The position numbers and the translations under genes were made by a program. From Octopus vulgaris (lineage: Eukaryota), in the NCBI GenBank assembly GCA_951406725.2, contig OX597819.1, forward strand, positions 44,888,001 through 44,952,000: a DNA stretch of 64,000 nucleotides, read 5' to 3'. The notes under the pieces were generated by a model that ran no database searches, was not told where the DNA came from, and worked only from the letters and a program-made list of their open reading frames with translations. This document shows, in pieces, positions 41,283 to 56,640 of this stretch. Within the stretch, counting starts at the first letter, position 1; each line of letters begins with the position of its first letter.

Positions 41283-41999
41283 ATGACATCTACATTTGTC
41301 GTCCAACATTTGTCGTCTATATTCTACTTAGATATCAATATACTCCGTGCCTCTGAATCAAGTGATGAATATTGCAACGTCTTTAACAAAGAGTTGATTT
41401 ATAGCAGAACTAGTTCAAAGAGCACGAGAAGAATACAAATGTTTGCAGATAAAATTAAAAGAAGCGACATTCTTTCAGTGACATTTTCTCGGTGATATAG
41501 TAACTTCATTGAAAGGCGATACTTTACAAAATAGGCTAAAGCGTACCATACACCCAGTGTAATATCAGGCATGATGATAAATCCAATGTGTTTTGGAAAT
41601 GCATTTCCGCTCCTCTACCTATTGCCGCTTTTTGTGGTGCAATTACATGAAATACACTGAATCATAATGGACCAAGTCGAGACCATGTAGTAAACAAGCC
41701 AACGCGAACATTTCATATAATAGTCAGTAGATTGCATTTCATCCTTGCGGCATATAAATAACAACACACATAAACAAATATTATTATAGTAATGCGTACT
41801 TAAGCTCCATAGCATTAAACATATGAAAAAACGGCTCACGCAAAACTTAACAGCACCACAAAGGAAAAAGCAAAGACTGTATCGGGCGTAAATTATAATA
41901 ATCTAAATAAATATGGTTCTTTTCTTCCTATGTTATGCAGATTAAACATAAAACTCATAAATGGATACAAAAGGGATATGGTTTTCGTCTACTCGCAGT

Positions 42000-44900
42000 G
42001 TTTTGCAGTTGAACTGTGTCCGCAAAACGAACCTAGTAGAATATACAGGTACATGATCTAGAGACAAGTTAACCAGGGTCTTAACGAAACGTTAGACACT
42101 AGTAAATTAGTCACCTTAATAACTTAGAATCTGAATGTAGAAGAAATATCACAAACAAGTATGAATACACAAGGAAACATAAAGGGTACAAAACCAAAAC
42201 CGAAAATCTGTAACACTGAGAATGTATCTACGAAGACAGACAAAACGCGTACAAAACTAAATTAATAACAAAATGTAAAGAAAGAAATCAAACTCTACAA
42301 GATCTACAGAATACTCTGCAGTAAAAACTGAATGTGAACAATAGAAAAATTATATAAACAAGGGAATATCAGAACGAAATGGAAGAGGAAATTCAAAAGG
42401 GAGAAATCATGAGCATGACAATCTGAAGATCGAAATAATTAAAGAATTACACACAATAGAAGAAATCATAAATAATAGAACAGTTTTAAACAAACAAAAG
42501 ACAAAAAAAAAATGCATAGAAATTAAGAGACAAGTTCTTTCAGTTCTTAATGTAATCAGCAATGAAACGATAGAACTGGTAAAGAAAACGGAGGCACAAA
42601 TAGTGTAAAAATATCATATAAAAATATAGTTAAGATCAAAGAACATTTAGGACAAGAGATCCTTGCTAATTCGCATTGAAATGGTTGGTATAAAAGGCGA
42701 CATGGAGTTTTTGATTAAATCAAACAGTTTGATCCAAGTGCAAACGATTTTGCAAAGAACAAAGTAAAGCAAGAATAACTGTAACAAGAGGAAGCGAAGA
42801 ATTCTGGAGAGTCAGAGCAGCGAAACAATTACTATGGATAATATTCCTGAAAATAACAAGCAGAGAATTTCCTCTATAGGTTGAAAAACATAAGAACACT
42901 GTTATAACACAAACATTTCAAAAAAGAACTGGAAAGACCCAGTATATAAAATAGCAAACTGAAAATATGCTCTATCTTGAAGATTCTCTTGGATGTTAAA
43001 GACAACACCTGATACGTTCACACAAATCCATAACCTGCATAACCTACAGCCTACAAAATTCTAACAGGAGGTAAATAAATGAACGTTTGAGAACGAACCA
43101 TTTCCCCACAAGAGCAGACAGGTAGTTATCAAATTTCATGTGACTATGAAGATCAATTATTAATCAACGAAACCATTGCTGAAGATTCTACAAAGTGAAA
43201 GAACGGTTCAGCTTGATACAGATTAAGTATCAGATTACTTTTGAGAATGATTCTCACGTGTGTTGATTGTGGAAACCTTATCCATGAGTTAAGTAGCACC
43301 AATAATGAACTGATATATTGAATAAACATATCTTGAGAAACTGACAAACAATTTTATAGATGCAGATAAAGGAGAATTATAAAGCAAAGATATCACCATT
43401 AGAAAATATTCAAACCTGTTGCTCTATCGCAGTATCTCGATGCAGAATGAAGACAAATATAAATGTGATGGGAAGTCAATCCACCATTTGTTAAAAAAAA
43501 ATACGGATGGCCACAATTCTCCCGCTAAAGACAATAAGCAAACTAGTAAAGCAAAGATTAACTAAGGACACTGATGGAAGACTTGGTTGAGAAAAGGTCA
43601 CTTAGGCAACATTGAGAAGAAGCGTACTAATTAGGGACATTAGTACAATAATCATGATAGATTATGAAAGTGAGTCAAGCGAATTTGGCAAACAATGAAC
43701 TATCCATTGTCGATTACAAAAGAATGAAAAAAAGAGAGTTAAACAGAAGCATTATAGACTTGTTAGACTAAAACTTAAAACATAATTAAACGTAAATAAT
43801 ACAAGGTAATAGAATCTCTAGCTGATCTAATAATGAATTATTGTTATATTTTCAATTAAACGCAAAACGAATTAGCACAGACAAAACAGTCAAACAAGGG
43901 AAGTCCGATGGCTTTTAGACTACTCTTCTCTCTAACTGATTTAAACATATATTTCCCAATAATCTAAAGAAGTAAGGGCTGGTGCTATTACAACAAAAGA
44001 AAAATGTAAAATCTCCACTGTAGAACTGCAAAGCATTTGTAATAAGAAATAAACAAAAGCTATAGTCAAGAAGCCAAATGATACAGAAGCTAAATTGACC
44101 GGAATTTCCAGGAGAAAAAGATGGAATATAAAAAGAAATTATGAATAAGGTAGAAACCAATCTGAAAATGGAGCAATAGAATCTCATGCTAAACAGGTGG
44201 TAAGAGAAGCCCTTAAATGGACAATATTTGAGAAAAATGAACTGTTAGCAATTCACGAAGAATATTTGTAAAAACCGACTAAAAAGCGCAGAACACAGAT
44301 GAAATACAATGATGCTACAGAACGGAGAGAAACAAAACGTTTGCACACACACAAAAAGAATACGTAATGGAGCAGACAACTATAAATAACTGCAGGCTAT
44401 GTAGCGGTTTGAGAAAGTAAAACCACTTAAGGGGACTGACTGTGGTTTAGTTAAAAGACAATTCAACCATTGGTGTGACAGAAGAGGGGCTTTCGTATAT
44501 TGGAATTTTTGTCTGCGTTATGAAGTACCATAAAAAAAGAGATAATATAACCACACACACACACATACGTACACGCACATACGCACACGCGTGCTCATGC
44601 ACACACACATTCATAGCCATGCATTTTGGTTGTTCCGATTCACAAAGACAGCAATATTAAAGCTGATAAGCTCAATATTTGTAAAAAGCTTCACCAAGAA
44701 ATGGAATGTCTTTTAATCGAACGATAAGTTCCATGGTTACGATATTGTTTTACAGCCATTTATATTAGTTCTTCTATTAGTTAACTCCAGACGATAATGC
44801 CCCTTTAAAAGGAATGAAAAAATGAATATAGATACGGAAAAGATGGGAATCCCAATGTTGGTGCTGAAACCAAACAATTGCCATAATCAAAGGTGCCTTA

Positions 44901-45075
44901 AGATTTGTACAAAATAATACGGATTCAAAAACATAACTTAAACCTCAGTACTTAAAAATACGCACAATACATTAAGCATAACATACATATTATGCTGAAA
45001 ACAATGAATATTTGAATACAATAGAAAGAACAAAACAGGCATAATATTACGCATATTCAAGACACAAATATCTTC
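42000..45075 (+). mobile_element. Highly decayed Dong/R4-clade non-LTR retrotransposon (RT, zinc knuckle and restriction-like endonuclease remnants)
   Basis: A-rich strand with ordered motif remnants: KNWKDP (~42925), DQLLINETIAED (~43150), HLL..DG (~43485), EKPLNGQY (~44205), CRLC (~44390), IIKGAL (~44885) and TGIILR (~45035). Confidence 0.6.
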
Positions 45076-45863
45076 AGTCAGTGGTGCAACCAATGCTTTT
45101 TAGAATTTTCTGTTTGACCTCATTTTCTTTACTTTGTACTTTCTTTCTACCTTTCTACCTTTCTTCAATCTTCAACGGCTACCTTTTACAGCAAGGTGAC
45201 GGTTGTACCACTGCTCGTAGCTCCTATCCGGTCCTGTGATGAAGGAAGAGTTCTCATGGATTCTCGGATGTAGCTAGATACTAGAAATGGCATCGGTGAT
45301 CTGACGATTTTTGACTGTTTCTCTTCCAGCTATACCAGGATCTGTAAAACAGTGATACCAGTAGCCAAAGGGTTGCTGTTTTCGGTTGTGTTGCCTCTGC
45401 TACTATCACTCACGTTTTTCTTTGCCTTTTACTAACGCATGTGTTATTACTTCACCTTATGCATTCGAATCATGCTTGATTGATCTTATATCCACAAGCT
45501 CAGTGCGATGCAACTAACTCCAAGATAATCTAGTGGCCTCTGAGTTTCTTTAGAATGTGGATGTCCATGCGGATCCACTCTGATCACATCATTCTAGAAC
45601 ATCTTTGCACCCACCACATATTTATACGTTTACGTAAAAATAAAACCAAACCAAAGCATTATCCCTGACCGCGATTCGAAAGTTACTGAGACTCATGAAC
45701 TGGTAATCGAACCATTAAATCTACATTATCTCCTGCCTCGTCTTCGGCCATAGAACGCAGAGTTACACTTCACTAAACTCTACTCCAGCTAATAAAATAT
45801 GCGTTCTGCAATACATCAGCAAAACCTCTCCACCTAATTTTTCAATGAAATATGAAAGTTATC

Positions 45864-46392
45864 TGTGGCTGTGTGTTAAGAAGCTTGCTTCCCAAACACA
45901 TGGTTCTGAGTTTGTCCCTATGTGTGGCATCTTGGGCAAGTGTGATCTACACTAGCCTCGCGACGACCAAAGCCGCGTGGGTGGATTTGGTAGAAGGAAA
46001 CTGAAAGAAGCCTGAAAAAAGCTCGTCGTATATTTATGTGTGTGTGTTTGTGTGTGGTTCTGTGTGTCTGTGTCTGTCCCCCTCCAACCCCGTCTCCGCT
46101 TGACAATCGGTGTTCATATGTTCACGTCCCCGTAATTTTAATGGTTCAACAAAATAGACCGATAGAATAAGTAATTTGTTCGACTAAAACCCCTTAAGGC
46201 GGTGATCCAGCATGGCCGCAGTCAAATGACTGAAACACGTAAAACAATATCAATTAGAAATAATTAAGTAGGAGTGGCTGTGTGGTAAGTAGCTTGCATA
46301 CGAACCACATGGCTCCGGGTTCAGTGTCACAGCGTGGCACATTGGGCTCGAGCCTATAGCCTCGAGCCGGCCAAAGCCTTGTGAGTGGATTC
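45864..46392 (+). mobile_element. SINE family 1 full copy (45864-46245) plus a 5' half (46270-46392)
   Basis: Matches family 1 modules. Confidence 0.85.
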
Positions 46393-46796
46393 ATTGTTCG
46401 GCTGTGGAAGGACTGTCGTAAGTTACATAAAGTATCTATTCATGTCTTCCATGATCTAGCTCGAATCTATTGAGACGATGTAATTGTTGCCGTTTTTACT
46501 ATTTTATCTATTCAGACAGATGTTTCCAACGCTTTACCTTATTTTTGTTTTTGTTTTTTGTTTTCATTGTACAACTTCTCTTTGTGTATGATTTCCTTTT
46601 CGTTTGGGGATTTGTTTGTTTATATTACAATTTCAGCTACCCCACTGGAGTTAGAACCCTTTCCTACACTCATCTGAGGCAGTCATCTTCACTGATTTTG
46701 GAGCACCTGATTCATGGATTTCCTTATTCTCTCTTTTGATTACGCTACCTTTGAATTCCTTCGGAGTATTTTGTTGTTTTTTTCATCTTAATGTAT

Positions 46797-47009
46797 ACTC
46801 TTTTACTTGTTTCAGTCATTTGACTGGGGCCATGCTGGAGCACCGCCTTTAGTCGAGCAAATCGACCCCAGGACTTATTCTTTGTAAGCCTACTACTTAT
46901 TCTATCGGTCTCTTTTGCCGAACCGCTAAGTTACGGGGACGTAAACACACCAGCATCGGTTGTCAAACGATGTTGGGGAGGACAAACAAAGACAAACAAA
47001 CAGGCACAC

Positions 47010-47096
<87 letters not shown>

Positions 47097-47276
47097 TACA
47101 CACACATATAAATATACATATATACGACGGGCTTCTTTCAGTTTCTGTCTACCAAATCCACTCATAAGGCTTTGGTCGGCCCGAGGCTATAGTAGAAGTC
47201 ACTTGTCCAGGGTGCCACACAGTGGGACTGAACCCGGAACCATGTGTTTGGTAAGCAGGCTACTTACCACACAGCC
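46797..47276 (-). mobile_element. Young near-full-length SINE family 1
   Basis: Well-preserved reverse complement with all modules. Confidence 0.9.
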
Positions 47277-47654
47277 AATTTACACATAGGCCTATGTATA
47301 AATATTGCGAATAAGTATTTAACTAAAATTGGTAACACAGTTTCTCTAGCCTGGTAATGATGAAAATATTCAGATATTCAGAAGCACCATTAGAGATGAA
47401 CCAGGATATACACAACGAGCACAAACTGACTCAAACTCGCTCCTACACATGTCAAAATTAAACAGAGAATACAACCTGGCAACCACACCAGACTCTGAGG
47501 GTGGAGTCTTCGACTTGGCCTGAGCATGGACTCAAACTCAAATGAAATGAAAGTCTTTTAGTACTAAAAACAGCAAGAAAATAAAGAAACTTTTTCTCGC
47601 AAGACGTTGTTAATAAATAGCTTCTACGTGAAATGCTGTGAAACGTGGTCGTTC

Positions 47655-48125
47655 ACAACAAACAATAACTACGTCCGCATGAAGTAGTCTATGAAATTTA
47701 CCACGAATGGCTGTATAGAAATTGAAATTGACAAATGGCGGGAATAAGCAACAACATACCCGATTACAATCAATGCAGTTGGATCAATGAATATATAGGT
47801 GCAAACAGATAAGTTGAAAACGTACCTGGCAGCGCTATGTCTCCCGCGATACAAAAGCTTCTCCTTTTTTTTCCGGTATTCCGCATTGCGTTTTGTAGAA
47901 CATGGTTGGTTTATTTATAATGACTCGATCAAAAGACAACTTTGACACGGCTATAGCTTATTCATTGTTCAACGCTTTTATATATCTTTTTATCTACTCG
48001 CTTCTTGCATGTTAAACCTGTAAGATGTCACTCACAGACTCTATTAGCTTACGCCTTCGAATGACATGTCAGCCCGTGAATATATATAATAAAAAAAATG
48101 AATTGAAATTGAAGTGAATTAAATG
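47655..48125 (+). mobile_element. Dong/R4-like 3' end, copy 2, followed by (TAA)n
   Basis: Homologous to 37228-37672, including the 3' UTR end aattgaaattgaagtgaatta. Confidence 0.65.
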
Positions 48126-48140
48126 ATGATCATGATGATG

Positions 48141-48212
<72 letters not shown>

Positions 48213-49184
48213 GAACTCTTTTTTGTGAATTAATATTTTTTTATTAACAATTTTTTTGCTAATAATATTTACTACTCGAGCACGTAAAAATGAAAGAAAA
48301 TTTGGCGTACATAAAGACATCAAAGAGTAGACACGATATAGAGCGGCACGCTGTTTATACATACACGCATGTGCGCAAACATACACATATATACAAACAT
48401 ATACATACGCACGCACGCACATACAGAGAGACATATATGAAAATATGTGTATATAATTGTGTGCATATGTATATACACATATAAATACGCGTATAAACAT
48501 AAGCATACGTATGTGCGTGTGGCTATGATTGCGCGTATATAAATACATACATATGCGTGTGTAAGTGTGTGTGTGTTTGTATGCGTGTGTATGTGTGCGT
48601 GTGTAAGTGTTTATTGCATAATATTTATAACATAGAAAGATTAATGTTTTTTGTTACCCTTTCATTTTGCCGCCCCACCCCAAAAAAAGCTTAGTGTTTC
48701 ATTGAATGTAAACTCAATACATGTGACATTGATGAATTTAGTCCGTTATCTATTGAACCGTTGGATATCCCGTTTCAATGCTATCTCGCGACAGTCTACG
48801 TTTTAGAGCCCTTTCCGCATTAAGTTTCTCATATTTGTCAATAACAATACGAAACATTCGTTGCCCATACGTCTGGTGTTCATGAACCATAAGGATGGAC
48901 TTAACCAACTCTTCTTACGTAACATAAAAGATGATAATATTTATTTTCGTACCTCTGTTGTTTACGGGTTGATCAGATGATATAACAAGGGAGTGCATCT
49001 GGTTGGTCCCTCAACCTATAGGAAAAAGCAAACAAGTGCTTTTTTAAGTTGCGTTCTTCAAAACAAAGTACCTCCTATGATGTAGGATTCGATACCTGGT
49101 TAAATATATTATATTCGTGAGTGTTTGACCGCAGATTTTCTCAAGCTACACAACAACAACAACAATAACAACAGCAGCAGCATT

Positions 49185-49330
49185 GGAGGCGCAATGGTCC
49201 AGTGGTTAGGGCAGCTGACTCGCGGTCGTAAGAACGCGGTTTCGATACCCAGACCGGGTATTGTGAGTGTTTATTGAGCAAAAAACGCCTAAGCTCCACG
49301 ACGCTGTACTCTTTCGCCACAACTTTCGCT
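49185..49330 (+). mobile_element. tRNA-derived SINE (family 4, probably tRNA-Arg-related), truncated
   Basis: ggaggcgcaatggtccagtggttagggcagctgactcgcggtc..ggtttcgataccc, with A/B boxes and a TCG anticodon-like loop. Confidence 0.7.
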
Positions 49331-50420
49331 CACCCTCGCTTCCTACTACTACGACATAGCAGAGGAACCATGGTGTAACCCACTATGATGTAGTAAACAT
49401 TCAGACCCTAGTCTAGATTGCGAATCCTCTGTACCCCAGGATGGTTCAGCTCTCCACCCGTTAAAAGGCACCGTTTACGGAATGAGGATAACAACGTAGC
49501 TTTCGCCCCCGTGCAACCACCACTCTATCGCATTCTTAGTGGCTTAGAGTAGGCTCGAATTATAGATTATTCTTTGTGGTAAATGGCTTGAGTCCTGATT
49601 AGAAGAGGAAGAAGAAGACAACAGCAGCAGCTGCAGCAGTGTCAGTGAAGAACATTTAATGCAGCAATCTGTTAATATTGTTCTACAAAAAGAATTAACT
49701 CTGACGAAGTGTTATATTTGCTCGGAACTTTAGGAGCCTGACTAAAAGCAAAATATTTGGCTGAAGATCGTTCCATCCTTCAGCGTACGTTCGAATCGTA
49801 TCGAGTTCGATGTTAATTTGTATAATGCTGAGGTAGATAAAAATTAGCGTCCGTCTTGTATTGAGGTCGATTAAATCGACATTACTAAAAATATCTTTTG
49901 GCATTTTGCCAAAGTTTTGAAATCAATATTAATACAAGCTTGATTATTACATTCTCTATGGACATTCAGATGGGATTTGGCCAACAAAATGAATTATCAT
50001 ATCTGATAGTTTCGCTCGCAAATTAGAAGATATGTCAGCAATATTGTATTATCAACGGATCACCCAATGCTTCGGTAATACTGCAATATATCATATCAGG
50101 AATTTTGTAATAATGAACAGGCGAGAAAAGAAAATGTTTAAGCGAAATACAATTCTATAACAACAACACAGTTGTAAATCTGGTGATAAACAGAGAGAGA
50201 ACGCACCTATTCGTTACAATTTCATATTCCACAAAACAAAACTAATAATGTTTCAAACAATCTTGGGTGTTATTTGATTGGGAAAATCCAATACACTGCT
50301 TTGGCACACTATGAAGCTACAATTAGAAACGACAATGTCTACTTCAAACGAAAATGAGCAGCCAAGAATTATATAGATTACATTTTGTACCTTGCATTGT
50401 ATGAATTAGAGAGTTACTAA

Positions 50421-50445
50421 AATAATAATAATAATAATAATAATG

Positions 50446-50480
<35 letters not shown>

Positions 50481-50487
50481 CACAAAC

Positions 50488-50563
<76 letters not shown>

Positions 50564-50688
50564 TAATAATAATAAAGATAATAATAATAATTATAATAAT
50601 GATGATGATGATGATGACGATGACGAGGATGATGATAATGATAATAACAATAATAATAATAATAATAATAAAAATGATAATAATAATG
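50421..50688. repeat. Compound (TAA)n/(CAA)n/(TGA)n microsatellite
   Basis: Directly visible. Confidence 0.95.
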
Positions 50689-51380
50689 TTTTAAGCAAAT
50701 GGAACAAATATCGTAATGGCGGTTGAAAAGTAATCTGTGCGCATTCAGCCTATAAAAATATATTTTCGCCCATATATTCTCTCGTAAGCTAAATGAACGC
50801 TTTTCATATTAACACATGCTACCTATGGCCAATGTATCGGTATTGTATTTAATAAAACTAAGCCTTAACCTAATACTTCCCAAACTATGGTTTCTCAATA
50901 CAAGAAATATGATAACTATCAAATATATTATATTAAAGGCAATTGCATCAACAATGTGAAATAAATGCTGAATACTCATAATCGTCGATATATATAGTTA
51001 TGTATGCGTGTATCTCATACGCTTTCGGTGTAAAATAAAAGGCTTGATCCATATTATTAACACGAGCTGCCCGAGGTGAATAAGGTCGATTAGATCGTGA
51101 TAATATAATGTGAAGTAATGGCAGTTTTCTAGAAACGTAGCTTAACATCCTTAGCAATAAAGCTAAATGCATATCATATTTTCTAAATAACAAGAGTAAC
51201 TAATGCAATAAATGAAGGAGCGGCTATTGCTTACCATTCTGTTTGTTTTCTTTTAAGGAAAGCTTAATGAATGTACACTTCTATACACATTTATATTGAT
51301 AACAGGAAATTATTAGCAGATTACAAATTTCATACACGCACAAACAAGAGAGAGAGAGTGAGAGAGTGAGATGGAGTGGA

Positions 51381-51495
<115 letters not shown>

Positions 51496-51645
51496 CGCCT
51501 GGCTGCGAGATTTTAACACAACTCCATAAGAGATATCATATCAGGACGTATACCGCAGCAAGTGGCCAATTGATGGTGTGTATACATTCAGTGTAATACT
51601 TAAATGGCTACTGGAATTCAATACTGGCTCAATTGATCATATCAG

Positions 51646-51711
<66 letters not shown>

Positions 51712-51750
51712 TTGTGTGCGTGTATGTATATACATACATACATTCATATG

Positions 51751-51802
<52 letters not shown>

Positions 51803-52904
51803 AATGTAAATATATGTATACAGACATTCATAGATATGTATATTTTTTATACATATATATATATATATATTTATACATATATACATATATTCATCCATCC
51901 ATATATATAAATATATGCACGTATGTGTGTGTGCGCGCACGTGTGTGTCTGCGTGTGTGATAATGAATACTTCCTACATGCTGTGTGATTATGGACACTT
52001 GCTACTAGCGTCGCACAAACATGTAGAAATCTAGACCTAACAATTCCTCCATACTCACTGGACGATTTTCGTCTACCACCGTTTAACTTATAATTTTTTT
52101 TTAGAGACAGACGTTTAGAAACAAGACAATTTCACAAGAAGAATACGATAGTTTTCTAACTTCCTGCGTTATATCCTCGTTAAGAAAGATATACATAATT
52201 CTATTCTGAACTAATTATACTCCGTCGCTATTAACGAATTCATAACAAATGCCTACATAAAAGTATATATTTTTTCATTCTCTTATTGTCCTTATACTTT
52301 CAGTAATAGGACTGCGGCCATGATAAACACGAACAATGATACACATAGAATTAAAATCTTTATAGCTTATTTGAATTCAGACAAAAGTGAAGCATTCTAC
52401 TGTAATCTTCTGCTGCGTTCTGTCTTCTGATTTTCTTTTTGCTTGGTTCCATACCATGGCTTTTATCTTCAGTTCTTTTTCTAACGCACCTCCTTTAGGT
52501 CATCCTCGAGCACTTTGCCTTCCTTCTCTCCATATTGAAGCTGAACCAATTATTGTCTTGCTATTCCTTTTCTCTGCTCTTCTGATTTTATGGTCTGCAT
52601 ATCTTCACTTACATCTCGGTATATGTCAACCGATTCCTGTACTACATTAACTCACGTGTCTTTGCTGAAAATCATTTCTAGAAATGCAGTTCATAAAATG
52701 GTCCTGAGCAGTTTGTAGATACTTTGTAGATGCGTTAGAATAGTGGGTCTCATTCGTTGGAGGCGGTCAACACCACATAAAATGATGAAGTTAAAATTGC
52801 ATTTGAAAATTCTTAGCTTAGACAGCGTATATCCAGACGCGTATCAACATATCGCGATCCACTGAGTTGAGCGCTGCTGTTATTTGATGATTAAGGACAT
52901 CGAA

Positions 52905-53075
52905 GTTAGTGGGTAGTGATGGAACATAAACGCAATCGTTTACGTATCCCCACAACAAAAAGTCACACAAGTTGAAGTTTGGGAATCTCGCAGGCTAACG
53001 ACCATCTGGGAGGAGTTCTCTTATCGCATTGATGTTGCCCGTGTTGCACGTGATCAGATTGAACACTTTTAAGAA
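52905..53075 (+). mobile_element. Tc1/mariner-superfamily transposase C-terminal remnant
   Basis: Translation IWEEFSYRIDVARVARDQIEHF* resembles transposase C-termini of the YRLDVC...GxHIEH type. Confidence 0.45.
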
Positions 53076-53727
53076 AGGCAATAAAAGTTGATTTTTTGCA
53101 AATATTTGTGACTTAGCTGGAGTTTTCTATTGCTTTTCCGTGCACATGTATAAGCTTCTGTTAGGTGTTTCATTCATTATTTAAATTTATTACACCGCTT
53201 TTCTCTGAATTCCTATGCAACATTGTAATATGGAAAGGAATACAAATGCCCAATACAAATGCCCAATACAAATGCCCTATTATTGCGTTGCAATGTAATC
53301 TGTACCGTGTAGTGTTGCAAGATCTGCAGTTTATGCTATATTACAGATACTTTCCGAAAATTATTTGTATGTTAAAGTCATAGAACGTCATTAAAGAGCA
53401 CTGAATGATCATGAACAAGATGTGGGAGATTTCGTAGAAAATCTATTAGTTCAATCGTTGTGAAAAGTGTAAAGTCTGACATTTCAGTCAGCAACACATG
53501 CTTCAACCGGACAAATATTTTTTCCTCTTCTCATGACTATTAAATTATCGGTGTTATATGCTTTCTCCTTTAGAGTAATACTTGCCGACGCATGATCTTA
53601 CAAATTTTCTTGTATTCAGTACTACAACTCTGATGAAAGGATATTGTTGAAATACTTCCATTCACGAACTTGCCCACTCCTCAAGCTCTCTTTCTTGATC
53701 TCTTCACAGAGTATTGATAAACGGTTT

Positions 53728-53958
53728 GGTGATGAGCTGGCAGAATCGTTAGCACGCCGGGCGAAATGCGTAGCCGTATTTCGTCTGCCGTTTCGTTCTG
53801 AGTTCAAACTCCACCGAGGTCGACTTTGCCTTTCATCCTTTCGGAGTCGATAAATTAAGTACCAGTTACGCACTGGGGTCGATATGATCGACTTAATACC
53901 TATGTCTGTCCATGTTTGTCCCCTCTATGTTTAGCCCCTGGTGGGTAATAAAGAAATA
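53728..53958 (+). mobile_element. Young SINE family 2 with a ~10-bp TSD
   Basis: ggtttggtga flanks both ends (53722-53731 and 53959-53968). Confidence 0.9.
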
Positions 53959-54013
53959 GGTTTGGTGAGGATGAGATATGAACACACGCACGCGCACGCT
54001 CGATCGATCGATC

Positions 54014-54155
54014 GAGAGAGAGAGATCTAAAAAGACTGAGAGCTAAAGAGAGAAAAAGGGAGCTAGAGAAAGAGAGGGAGAGAGAGAGAGAGAGATCTAA
54101 AAAGACTGAGAGCTAAAGAGAGAAAAAGGGAGCTAGAGAAAGAGAGGGAGAGAGA
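54014..54155. repeat. ~70-bp exact tandem duplication in a GA-rich tract, followed by (GATA)n
   Basis: gatctaaaaagactgagagctaaagagagaaaaagggagctagagaaagagaggg occurs twice. Confidence 0.85.
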
Positions 54156-54198
54156 GGGAGAGAGATAGCTAGAAAGATAGATAGACAGACAGACAGAC

Positions 54199-54277
<79 letters not shown>

Positions 54278-54945
54278 GATAGAGAGAAAGAGACAGACAG
54301 ACAAACAGATAGACAGACAGAAAGTTAGTGAGTAAGACAGGGAGAAATAAAGCGTTAAAAGAAGAAAGAAAATAAAACAAAGAGATGGGGAACAGAAACA
54401 GATCCAGGGTGTGAAAAATAATTTAAGACAGAACACCAAAGTATTAAAAGGCAATGATGACATCGGCGGAATGTGGCAGAGAATAGTAACAAGTACAGCA
54501 AGGCATTCACAGCTGTTGTTGTTGTTGTTATTGATGAATCTGAGACTAATATGTTCCTTTCATGAACATAACGGGTTTCCGTATATTTAAAGCAATATTG
54601 TCCAGTAAAACGTATATAATAAAAGGGGGCTCGGAGATAGTCTGAGCAAATAACCGCAGAGTGACTTCCCTCATTGATCAGGTTTCGTCTCCGCCATGTC
54701 AAATACTGCCCTCAATACGTTCAGACTATCACTAGGACTATTGCAAGTATTGGTGTTCTTGCTTTTTCCTTTCTCAGAAAGCTAGTTACAAAATACTTTC
54801 TCAAGTTCGTAATTCATCAATAACTGAAAAGGAAAAACAGTGAACAGGCGCCAGAGTCCCAAAAGACTGCAGATTTTTCACTGGTTTCAACAATAAATTA
54901 GTCATCTCTCTTCATATATCATCAAAATAAAAGAATAAGCTTGAA

Positions 54946-54986
<41 letters not shown>

Positions 54987-55003
54987 GTATGTATGTATGT
55001 GTA

Positions 55004-55053
<50 letters not shown>

Positions 55054-55064
55054 CACATATTTAT

Positions 55065-55145
<81 letters not shown>

Positions 55146-55527
55146 GTACATTTCCTCCCGCTATAAGCCAAAAGCAAGTTCTGAAAGACGCACAATGTGA
55201 CGGCACACCTTTGATACAAGCTTTATGAAGTGCCGCTCTAATGTCTAAGAATTACGTAATTTTTTTACGTAAACTGGCATTGCAAATAGAGTTGCTAGAG
55301 AAACAATTGTAGCGAACCATTAAAGATTTGTCAAGAAGTTAATTTCTTCTCTTCTTCCTATTTAGAATATTTACTCTTCTCCAAACCCGCTTTACGGAGT
55401 AATCGCCGTGAAACATGGATGTTCTTCACCTGAAGAATTCCGGTTTTTGACCTGGTGTACGACAGAGTTGATAGCCCAGTATTCGGGCAGAGTGCTTCTC
55501 TAGAAATAGCATTACACCCTACCTCAC

Positions 55528-55566
<39 letters not shown>

Positions 55567-56416
55567 GTACACCCACACACATGTAGGTGCGTGTGTATGT
55601 GTGTGAGTATGTGGAGATTTGTTGCTCGAGTGCCGAGTGTTATCTGAGCACTCAAACAGGCATAAGTCCTCAGCTGAATGTTCCCATCAGGCTTTTCCTC
55701 TTTATCAATATCTATCATACAAAACAAACAAGAATATTAATAAAAGAGATAACATAATCACTTCAGTAAGCTCTATTTTGTATTTAGCAGCATTCAAACA
55801 AATTCTACTTGTAAATTCGTTTTGTGTTCTCCTTTTGTTTCAGTTCTTAGCACATCCTTAGCCATCGTTTCAAACGCTTAACAAATCCCACGCAAAATTT
55901 CAAACAAATTCAATTCGAAATCTAAAGAGGATTTACTCTCGTCAGAATGTCATTCCATTGGGGTGTTCATTTTTTTATTTGTTCAATCATTAGTCTGCAG
56001 TCACGCTGAGACTCCGCCTTGAAGGGTTTAGTTGATCTGGTCAACATCAATACATTTATTGAAGTCTCATATTGATTGTATCCATCTTCAAGGCAGAACC
56101 GGTAGGTGGCGTAGACACAAAATTGGTTGTCAAACTGTATGAGACTGATACTAAGTACAATACAAGCACAGAAATGCAGAACTGTACTCACATATGTATA
56201 TACAAAGATAGATACGTATATGTATATATATATATATATAATGTGTGTGTATGCGTGTATGTATTTGTGTGTGTGTGCGTGCGTGAGTGTGTATGTATTG
56301 GTACATGTATATGCATCCTTATCTACCTTCTAGAGTATTTTTCGGCATGCAAATTAAATTTTCGACTTACAGACACACTCACACACATACTCATACATAC
56401 ATGCACTGACACATGC

Positions 56417-56447
<31 letters not shown>

Positions 56448-56545
56448 CACATACATATAAATATATATACATATTTGCCCTTATGTATGTGTGAATGTAT
56501 GTATATAGGTATATGTGTATGTATATACGCATGTATGTATATATG

Positions 56546-56579
<34 letters not shown>

Positions 56580-56584
56580 GATGT

Positions 56585-56640
<56 letters not shown>

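Noticed and set aside
54696-54785. GCCATG-initiated short hydrophobic ORF resembling a signal peptide
   Set aside because: It stops after 29 codons with no convincing donor site.
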